64,000 nt of DNA from Anaeramoeba ignava BMAN (Eukaryota > Protista > Anaeramoebae), in contig JAPDFW010000064.1 in assembly GCA_028826165.1 (NCBI GenBank), forward strand, positions 186,001 through 250,000. Reading direction: 5' to 3'. The notes below the pieces were generated by a model, which was not told the origin of the DNA, did not search any database, and saw only the letters and a list, made by a program, of their open reading frames with translations. The position numbers were made by a program, and so were the translations under genes. Shown here in pieces: positions 52,436-64,000 of this stretch. Within the stretch, counting starts at the first letter, position 1; every line of letters starts with the position of its first letter.

Positions 52436-53049
52436 TTAAAAGGAAATTTTTTTTCCGAAATTAAAAGAAAAGAGAAAAACTTTTTTTTTAAAACAAAAAT
52501 CAATTAATTTCTTGTTCAGTTTGGATCTGAAGAAGAAAAAAAAAAACAAAATAAAAACAAAAACAATTTCATTTTTTTAAAAAGTTTTTTAGCAAAACTA
52601 ACTTGTAAAAATAAGTTAATTTTGCTTCCAAAAATTAAAATTAAAAATAAAAAGAAAAAAAAAAATAAAATTTAATTTAAATTTTTTTCTCTTTTTATTT
52701 TTATTTTTTGTATAAATTTTAAGTCAGTTTGTCAGCACAACTAATATCCGAATCTTCATTTATTAGTCATACTCTTGGGAACACAAACGTAAAAAAATGA
52801 AAAAAAAATTAAAAATTTAATTAAAAAAATTATTTTTTTTCTTCTTTTTTTTTTTTAATTTTTTTTTTCTCCTTTTTATTTTTTTTTTTAATTGGTTCTC
52901 ATTTATTTAATAATTAATTAAAATAAAAATAAAAAAAAATAAATTTTTAATTTTAAATTTTTTTTCATTTTTTTCCTTTTCATTCTTTATTTCTAAATCA
53001 ATTTATTAAACAAAAAAATCAAAAAAATAAAAAAACAAAACAAAAAACA

Positions 53050-55583
53050 ATGTCAGATGATGAATATGTAGATGATTTAGGGTTTGAAATTTACAAAACA
53101 AATATAAAATTAATTTAAAAAATTAAAAATATCAAATTTTTTCTTTTTTTTTTTGCTTTTCTTTTTTTTTCCAATTTATTTTAATTAAAGTTATTCTGGA
53201 GAAGATGATGAAACAGAGTCAGATGCTGGTACTGATGATTCTGGTGAAGATGATTCAGGAGATTCTGGTGATTCAGGAGAAGACAATAATCCAGAAACAA
53301 TATATTTTAATAGCAAAGGTTTGATTTATTAAAATTATAATTAAAAATTAAAAATTCCAACTTAAAAATAAAATTAAAATTCATTTTGAAATAAAAATTC
53401 ATTTTGAAATTATAATTAAAATTAATTTTAAAATTATAATTAAAATTAAAATTTAAAATTAAAATTAAAATTAAAATTAAAATTAAAATTAAAATTAAAA
53501 TTAAAATTCATTTTAAAATTAAAATCAATATTTAAAATTAAAATTAAAATTAAAATTCCAAATTAAAATTCATTTTGAAATTAAAATTAAAATTAAAATT
53601 AAAATTAAAAATAAAATTAAAATTAAAATTAAAATTAAAATTAAAATTAAAATTAAATTTAAAATTAAAATTAAAATCAAAATTAAAATTAAAATTAAAA
53701 TTAAAATTAAAATTAAAATTAAAATTAAAATTAAAATTTAAATTAAAATATATAGAGGAGCTTGAAGATGATTATGATAAAGCAATAAAAGGTTTTGATT
53801 CTATTTTAACACTTTTAGGCCAAAAAAAAGTACTTGGATTTAAAGCATTAAAACAAATTGTCAAAGCCTATTTCGAAATGGAAGAATTTAAAAATATGAT
53901 CACTCGTTATAAAGAAATGTTAACTTATATTCACGATGTTGTTCCAAGACCAAAAACAGAAAAAGTAAATTAAATTCAAATTAAAATTCATTTTGAAATT
54001 AAAATTCATTTTGAAATTAAAATTAAAATTAAAATTAAAATTCATTTTGAAATTAAAATTAAAATTAAAATTAAAATTAAAATTCATTTTGAAATTAAAA
54101 TTAAAATTCAAATTAAAATTAAAATTCATTTTGAAATTGAAATTAAAATTAAAATTCAAATTAAAATTAAAATTCATTTTGAAATTGAAATTTAAATTAA
54201 AATTCATTTTGAAATTGAAATTTAAATTAAAATTCATTTTGAAATTGAAATCAAAATTAAAATTCATTTTGAAATTAAAATTCATTTTGAAATTAAAATT
54301 AAAATTTAAATCAAAATTAAAATTATAATCAAAATTAAAATTAAAATTAAAATTAAAATTTAAATTAAAATAAAAATTAAAATTAAAATTAAAATTTAAA
54401 ATTAAAATTAAAATTAAAATTAAAATTAAAATTAATTTTAAAATTAAATTTGAAATTGAAATTGAAATTCATTTTGAAATTATAATTAAAATTAAAATTC
54501 ATTTTGAAATTCATTTTAAAATTGAAATTAATTTTAAAATTCATTTTGAAATCAAATTTGAAATTAAAATTAAAATAGTGCTTAACAAGTCTAATAGAAA
54601 TGGTCGCTAATTCAAAACATGAAGTAAAATTTGTGGAAGAATTTTTCAATTTGACAAGAGGGGAAGTAGAAAAAACAAACAACGACAAATTCTGGTTCAA
54701 AATCACTATGAGATTAGCAAATATATGGTTAAAAAAGAAGGAGCACACAAGATTAATGCGAATCTTACGCGAGCTTCACAAAAGCGTAGAAAATCAAGAT
54801 GGAACATTGAATCAAGATAAGGGAACACAGATGCTTGAAATCAATGCAGTTGAGATACAGCTCTACACAGAACTGAAGGATCACAAACGGCTAAAGGGAG
54901 TTTACAACAGCGCCTTGCAAATCAAGACGGCAATTCCACATCCAAACATTTTGGGAATTATCAAGGAAAGCGGAGGAAAAATGTTCATGTCAGAAAGACA
55001 GTGGAAAAATGCTTATAATGACTTCTTTGAAGCGTTCAAAGCTTATGATGAAGCTGGTTCTCCAAGAAGACTCAATTGTCTTAAGTATCTTGTTCTCGCA
55101 AACATGTTGATGAGCTCGGATATCAATCCGTTCAACGCTCAAGAGACTAAACCTTATGAAAATCACCCAGAAATTGTCGCTATGACTTCTTTGATTCATG
55201 CTCATATGCATGATGATATCAATAAATTCGAGAAAATTTTAAGAGATAATCGTTCTTCTATTCTCGAGGATGAATTTATGAAGGATTATATCCAGGATTT
55301 ACTTAAGAATATCAGATGTCAAGTTCTCGTCAAAATTATTCGTCCTTATACTAGAATAAAAACTTCTTTTGCTGCTCAAGAACTTAATATCTCAAAAGAT
55401 GAAGTGGAGGAACTTCTTGTCTCTCTTATTCTTGATAGCAAAATTAGAGGCAAAATTGACCAAATACAAGGCACTTTGGAAGTTGAGGCTGATGTCCAAG
55501 ATTTTTCAAAATATCAAGCTCTTCAAAAATGGGGTGAACATTTACAATCTCTTCATAATTCAATAATTTCAAGATTGGTTTAA
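53050..55583 (+). CDS. CSN2: COP9 signalosome subunit 2; exons about 53050-53081, 53191-53318, 53756-53964, 54579-55583
   Basis: YFNSK, GFKALKQIVK, YKEMLTYI, KGTQMLEINAVEIQLYT, IPHP.ILGIIKESGGKM, DFFEAFKAYDEAG.PRR..CLKYLVLANML, INPF, and a PCI end (IRPYTRI...GKIDQ). Confidence 0.95.
53340..54575 (+). repeat. (AAAATT)n / AAAATTCATTTTG arrays filling two CSN2 introns
   Basis: Directly visible either side of exon 53756-53964. Confidence 0.88.
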
Positions 55584-55911
55584 GTCATTTTCTTTCTTTT
55601 TCTTTTTCTTTTTCTTTTCTTTTTTTTTCTTTTCTTTTCTTTTTCAAACAACCAAAATTCAAATGAAATTCAAAATTCACAATTTAAATCTAATTAAAAT
55701 TTTTTCAAACAAAACAAAAACAAAACAAAACAAAAAAACAAAACAAAACAAAACAAAAAACAACAAAACAAAACACAAAACAAAACAAAACAAAACAAAA
55801 CACAAAACAAAACACAAAACAACAAAAACAAAACAAAACAAAACAAAAATTTTTTTTTCATTTTTTCATTTTTTCATTTTTTCAATAAGTTAATTTGTTT
55901 TATTAACTAAA

Positions 55912-58988
<3,077 letters not shown>

Positions 58989-59178
58989 AAAATCAATTTT
59001 AAATCAATTTAAAAAATAAAAATCAATTTAAAAAATTTAATTTAAAATTTGATTTGTTTTGTATTTTGTTTTTTTTTGATGAGAACAAAAAGAAAAAAAA
59101 AAGAAGAAAAGGAAAAACTAGGAAAAATGTTGAGAAAAAAGAAAAAAGAAAAAAGTAAATTTTGGATTCCGTTCGAAA

Positions 59179-62100
59179 TTAAAACAACCCAAAACCAAAA
59201 TAAACAATAAGAACCAAGAAAAGATGAAGAAGAGGATTGAAAACAAGAGAAGAAGAATCAGAACGGACATCACCAAGTCTCATTTCAAAAGAAGTTACAA
59301 CAAAAGAACAACCATCAGAAGCAGTAACTTCTACTTCAAAAATATTTGAGTAATATTTGGGGATTGTACCAACAAAAGTGTGAGTTGAGGGATAGAAAGT
59401 AATCCATTCAGGAAGAGGAATGCCACCAGAAATCTGAGCAGAGTAACTAAGTTCAGAATAGGGATCAGAAAAAATGGAATCGGGAAAAGTATAATCAAAA
59501 GAAACAAGAGCGGAAAGAGTAGGAATTTCGTTCGCAACAACAGGAGCAACGTTAGTGATATCCAGATTCACCTTCTGGGTCGCATTTGAACATCCGTCAG
59601 AAACAGTCAAATCGATCTGGTAAACTTGAGTGCAAAGAGAGCTTGGTACAGAAACATCAAATTTGCGAGTGGAAGGTGTGAAAACAATCCAATTTGGAAG
59701 AACTCCGCCAGAAGATGGCTTTGCAGAATAGGTCAGATTGGAGACTGAACTATCCAGATCTTCGAAGAAACTCGCTGAGACTTCGAAACTACGAGTCTCT
59801 TTGTTATGGAAGCTTTCAGAAGGCACTAATCCCTTGGTTTGAGGTGCCAAGTTTTGGATCGTTACATTGAACGGAGTAGTTGCGCTCTGTCCGCACTCAT
59901 CTGTTGTTGTTACAGAAAGATAGTAAGTCTCGTGGCAAATCCAATCCGGTGCTGTGCCTGAGAAAACTGCTGTGCCAGCGTTGAACTTCATCCAGCTAAG
60001 AAGGCTTGTGCCGTTGGCAAAAGATGCGGAATATGTCAAAATAACAGAGTCGTTGTCGCTGAACGTCGATTTTGGAACATTGTATGAGAACGCAAGCAAA
60101 CTGAATGTTTGAGGCGGGATTGTTGCTGTCACACTCGGCTTTGTGTTGACAACCTTGAAGTTGAAAATATCGTATGCTTGACTGCAGTAATCAGATCCAG
60201 TCACTTGTATGTCAAAATTCGCACCACAAAAAGCTGATCCTGTCGGTTTTCCGTTGAATGTCAGATTTGAGGAATGGAAAGTGATCCAATCGGGAAGTGC
60301 TTGTCCATTGGTCAAAGTTGCCCCGTAGCTTACTGGCCGTAGAGTGGGTGAATCTGGATCAACAAATGTTCCGCCAGATAAGACATAACTGAAAAAAACA
60401 CTGTTTGTTGAGAAGTTGGAAACAGGCATTGACACATACGGCGAAAGATTGTTGATCAAGAAGCTGAACGACGTTGATGCTGTTGTGCATCCGTCAGTAA
60501 CGCTGACAGTGATAGGTATAGAATCCCCAGTGCAAAGTGTTTGTGAAGGACTTCCTGTGAATTTGGGTGCAAAGGGATTCGAGTCAAATGAAAGCCATGC
60601 AGGAAGAGATCCGCCTTGGCTCTTTGCTGACCAGGAAAGGAGAGAAGAAGGAGTGTCTGCATCGTTAAACGTTGCCACTGGAACATTGAAATTGCATGAA
60701 TTCGCAGACACATTTACTGTTCGATCTTGCAGAGGCTCAACAACAACAGGCGCCTGATTCTGGATGGTGAGCATAAATGTCTGCGATGTTGTGTTGCACC
60801 CGTCGTTGACGCTTACCAATACGATTGTGGATATATTGCAGAGACTAGACGCGTCTCCCGTGAAATTGCGCTTCGCTGAGTCAAAGCTAATCCATCCAAG
60901 TCCAGATATGTTGGTGCTGATAGTCAATGAAGGTGTGTCTGCATCCGTCACATATCCTGCGGGAAGAGCGAACCAGAAACTCTTCGCAAAAAAGGTTTGT
61001 TGAGACAATGGTTTTTCTATTTGCGGTGGTGTATTCACAAAAGTCACTGTGAAATTATCAAGAAAGTAATTGCATCCATCGGAAACCTTCAGTTGAACCA
61101 GAACCTGTGTATAGCATGTTACGGGCGCTGTTCCTGAAAAGTTGAAATGCGTACCGTTTGTCCCGAAATTCATCCATGCTGGCAAACTACCTCCACTGGG
61201 TTGAGAAGTAGCTGTCAATGTCAATCGGTTGGGATCGGCATCTTCGAAAAAATCACTTTTGCGAAGAAGAATCTGAAAGCTTTGGTTGTGATGGAACTCA
61301 TAATCAGAGATGAATGCTTTCCGAACTGGAGGCGCGTTTCTTATTTGCAATGTAAATTGTCCTGTTGTGTTTTGACATCCATCGCTGGCCTTGACATTGA
61401 TAGCTAGATCCTGCGAGCACATTTCATATGCAACACTGACATTGAACGTTCTTGTCACGTTGTTGAAGACAATCCACGAAGGTAATTGCGTGCCGTTTGG
61501 AAGCGTTGCTAAAAAGCTAAGAGTCGCATTTTCAGGGTCTTGGAAGGCATTTGAAGGGATTGTGTATGTGATGTTCTGGAGAGTTGTGACAATTTGAGGA
61601 GGGATATTGTTTGAATAAACAGGTGGGTCATTAACAAGCGTTACAGGAAAGAAGATGGACTTTGACAGACAGGCATCAGAAGCTGTGAGATTTACAATGA
61701 AGGATTGACCGCAAATAGGCCCAGTCCAAACACCAACAAAACTTTTCTCGGTACTGCGGAACTGGAACCAATTTGGAGTGGCTTGTCGAGAAGGATAGAG
61801 CTCAGAATAATACTGCAAAGTGTCAACGTCACTAAATGTTGTGCTAAATGACAATGTGTATGTTTGGTTGAATGTCAATGTCTGGGGAAGAATTTTGTTT
61901 GCTATCAAAGGTCCTGGATTGTTTACATAAAGCTGAAATTTCGCGCTTGTCGAATTGCATCCATCACTTGCAATAACCTTCAGTGGATAATATTGTGAGC
62001 ATTGAAAAGGTGCTACTCCATAAAGACGGCGCGCTGCAGACTGGAACATCAACCAACCTGAAATTGACACATCGCTTCCATTCTGGTATGTCAATGAGTA

Positions 62101-64000
62101 TGTCAACGTCTTGTTCTCAGGATCGTAGAAGGTGTCTAAGTCAATAGTCGCATTCAGCTGCTGCGAGGTGTTGCATGTCAATGTCGGTATAGTTTTGGCA
62201 AGCACAGGCGCTTCATTGACAACTTCGACATGGAAATCCACACTTGCTTGATGGCATTGATCTGTGACTGCCAATTTCACGTCAAGAGACCGAAAACAGG
62301 TATCCTCTGTAATGTAAGAAGTGAATGTATGGTTATCATTGTTCCAAGTGTACCAACTGGGAAGTGGAACAAGATCTGTTTGGGATGCTGTGTAAGACAG
62401 AGTGGAATCTATATCTGCAAAAACGCCACTGACTTGATAAGAATAGAATGTGTAGAGATGGATTTGCTGGTTTTGTATTCCAGATTCGACAGTTGGCGGA
62501 TTGTTAATAAGCGTTATCCGGAAAGTGGAATTTGTCAACTGACAGCCATCACTTGCACTGACAGTGACAAGCAGATCCTCCTCACAATCGCTCTGTGGTG
62601 GTTCTCCATAGAAAGTTCCATTTGGATCCAGATGAATCCATCCAGGAAGTGCTCCTCCTGCTGCAAGTTGTGCACTGTATGTCAATGTCGCGCCTTCAGG
62701 ATCCACAAAGGCGTTTTGTGGTATTTGGAAAGTAAAAGGCGAGAAATCAAGGAATTGATCAAGAATAGTGTAGGCAATGACAGGTCTGTTTTTAATCACA
62801 AACGTAAATGTCACTTCTGCAATATCGTTGCAGCTGTCAGATGCAAAAAGACGAACAGGATAAGATCCTTGACAGTAATTAGGGGTAATTCCAGAGAAGT
62901 TTCTTTGCGCAGAAGTGAACTGCATCCAGCCAGGAAGTGCGGAATAATTCGACAGTAAAGCTGAATAAGTTCTAGTTTCTGTGCCGGGAAAACTGAAGAC
63001 GTTGCTGTCAAAAATAAAAACAAAGGGTTCATTAGCGAGAAGAGTCTGATCGGGAATGGATTTCTCAGCTTGAGGTGGAGTAAGGAGTGTAATTGTCTGT
63101 CCATAAATGCCTTGAAGAATATTGGTTGTGGAACCGTTGTAGATGTTTTCCCAGAAAACTGTCACCCACGATCCAAAAGGTTCGACAATGACAGGTGTTT
63201 GTTGGGCATATTGTGAGTAAGTGTTAATCTGTATCTCACCACCTACTTTCTGTCCTTGTGTATTGAAAAACTGTCCAAAGATGCCAGTGTCAGATCCATC
63301 TTGAAGCTGACTTTCCCACACAACACCAACACGCGAGTATTCCAGAAAGATCGCCCGCGGATTTGTTTGTGAAAGTTGTGTGTGTGTGTTGACTTGTATC
63401 TCTGTTTTGAATCTTGTTGTATCGGCATTGACAAACTGGGCAAAAACACCAGCTTCTGACAGATCTTGTGACAATGACACATAAGCCACAAAGAAGAAAT
63501 CTTGTCTGGTTCCATAAGTGGCAACGCTCGGCGACTGGTGTGTAAATGACGTGTTGGCATTGACACAAAATTCGCTAAGATATTTCGTTTGATTTTGGAA
63601 AAATATTTGTCCATAAATTTGTGGAATAGTTGGACTTGCTGAACCGATACCTTCCCAGACAACAACAAACTTATCGGTTCCAAACGGTCGCACGCTAGGA
63701 CTTGTTTGGGAACCTTGTGTGTAAGTGTTGACCCCAAATTCCGATCCAACTTTTACTCCTTGCGATGTGTATGTTGCTCCGAAAATTCCAAAACTACTTT
63801 GGTCTTGGCCTTGACTCTCCCATACAACAACAAATCCCCCATTCGGTAGTGGTGCTACATCAGGGTTTTGTTGTGTCCCAGTTGTCTGCTCGTTGATCTG
63901 GAACTCACCTCCAAATTTCTGGCAGTTTGTATCGAATATTTGTCCGTAAATACCAAATTCTGCAGAGTCTTGGCTGTAACTCTCCCACACAATCACAAAT
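59179..64000 (-). CDS. Giant surface protein: bacterial-type beta repeats (EFQINT..Q..P.VA...FVVVWES..QD...GIFG), 13 He_PIG/dystroglycan-type cadherin-like domains and a hydrophobic C-terminus (GPI signal or TM); 5' end outside the window
   Basis: Uninterrupted 1605-codon frame. Repeats of about 95-105 aa: N.AP.....IP.Q...F.D.D...LTYSA....G..LPSW..F......F.G.P.......V.ASDG. Ends SDSSSLVFNPLLHLFLVLIVYFGFGLF. Confidence 0.88.
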   Translation of the reverse strand, partial: FVIVWESYSQDSAEFGIYGQIFDTNCQKFGGEFQINEQTTGTQQNPDVAPLPNGGFVVVWESQGQDQSSFGIFGATYTSQGVKVGSEFGVNTYTQGSQTSPSVRPFGTDKFVVVWEGIGSASPTIPQIYGQIFFQNQTKYLSEFCVNANTSFTHQSPSVATYGTRQDFFFVAYVSLSQDLSEAGVFAQFVNADTTRFKTEIQVNTHTQLSQTNPRAIFLEYSRVGVVWESQLQDGSDTGIFGQFFNTQGQKVGGEIQINTYSQYAQQTPVIVEPFGSWVTVFWENIYNGSTTNILQGIYGQTITLLTPPQAEKSIPDQTLLANEPFVFIFDSNVFSFPGTETRTYSALLSNYSALPGWMQFTSAQRNFSGITPNYCQGSYPVRLFASDSCNDIAEVTFTFVIKNRPVIAYTILDQFLDFSPFTFQIPQNAFVDPEGATLTYSAQLAAGGALPGWIHLDPNGTFYGEPPQSDCEEDLLVTVSASDGCQLTNSTFRITLINNPPTVESGIQNQQIHLYTFYSYQVSGVFADIDSTLSYTASQTDLVPLPSWYTWNNDNHTFTSYITEDTCFRSLDVKLAVTDQCHQASVDFHVEVVNEAPVLAKTIPTLTCNTSQQLNATIDLDTFYDPENKTLTYSLTYQNGSDVSISGWLMFQSAARRLYGVAPFQCSQYYPLKVIASDGCNSTSAKFQLYVNNPGPLIANKILPQTLTFNQTYTLSFSTTFSDVDTLQYYSELYPSRQATPNWFQFRSTEKSFVGVWTGPICGQSFIVNLTASDACLSKSIFFPVTLVNDPPVYSNNIPPQIVTTLQNITYTIPSNAFQDPENATLSFLATLPNGTQLPSWIVFNNVTRTFNVSVAYEMCSQDLAINVKASDGCQNTTGQFTLQIRNAPPVRKAFISDYEFHHNQSFQILLRKSDFFEDADPNRLTLTATSQPSGGSLPAWMNFGTNGTHFNFSGTAPVTCYTQVLVQLKVSDGCNYFLDNFTVTFVNTPPQIEKPLSQQTFFAKSFWFALPAGYVTDADTPSLTISTNISGLGWISFDSAKRNFTGDASSLCNISTIVLVSVNDGCNTTSQTFMLTIQNQAPVVVEPLQDRTVNVSANSCNFNVPVATFNDADTPSSLLSWSAKSQGGSLPAWLSFDSNPFAPKFTGSPSQTLCTGDSIPITVSVTDGCTTASTSFSFLINNLSPYVSMPVSNFSTNSVFFSYVLSGGTFVDPDSPTLRPVSYGATLTNGQALPDWITFHSSNLTFNGKPTGSAFCGANFDIQVTGSDYCSQAYDIFNFKVVNTKPSVTATIPPQTFSLLAFSYNVPKSTFSDNDSVILTYSASFANGTSLLSWMKFNAGTAVFSGTAPDWICHETYYLSVTTTDECGQSATTPFNVTIQNLAPQTKGLVPSESFHNKETRSFEVSASFFEDLDSSVSNLTYSAKPSSGGVLPNWIVFTPSTRKFDVSVPSSLCTQVYQIDLTVSDGCSNATQKVNLDITNVAPVVANEIPTLSALVSFDYTFPDSIFSDPYSELSYSAQISGGIPLPEWITFYPSTHTFVGTIPKYYSNIFEVEVTASDGCSFVVTSFEMRLGDVRSDSSSLVFNPLLHLFLVLIVYFGFGLF

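Noticed and set aside
52720-52795. Short GC-richer island upstream of CSN2, possibly a small RNA
   Set aside because: No convincing stem, C/D or H/ACA boxes or Sm site seen, and too short to support a call.

Overview
Very AT-rich, gene-dense, intron-rich eukaryotic (protist) nuclear DNA in the standard genetic code. The NQ/NE-coding microsatellites, RCC1-BTB gene expansion and tandem TCATTTT elements before start codons are consistent with a free-living metamonad such as Anaeramoeba; this is inference only. About 18 protein genes were reconstructed by hand: Ubc12 (partial), a bacterial-type PH-like membrane protein, three tandem RCC1-BTB-BTB genes, an RCC1-F-box-Arf fusion, V-ATPase G, CYRI/FAM49, a 17-exon GH38 alpha-mannosidase, a TMEM214-like protein, a PH/coiled-coil/RUN protein, a RasGEF, a possible PRAS40/Lobe-like protein, Trm9, a BEACH protein, CSN2, MetAP2 and a giant cadherin-like (He_PIG/CADG) surface protein (partial). 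Long introns and spacers are filled with AT satellites, and most short ORFs in the supplied track are translations of these. Many single-base frameshifts in homopolymers and two garbled stretches point to long-read consensus error. Best leads: (1) a cullin-RING ligase receptor cluster at 1-10.3 kb, with RCC1-BTB paralogs hypervariable at propeller loops and an RCC1-F-box-Arf whose GTPase has lost the catalytic Gln; (2) a bacterial-type adhesin whose cysteine pattern suggests disulfide staples between successive domains; (3) 5-nt and 12-nt microexons; (4) tandem Inr-like elements and an A-to-T synonymous gradient across exons.
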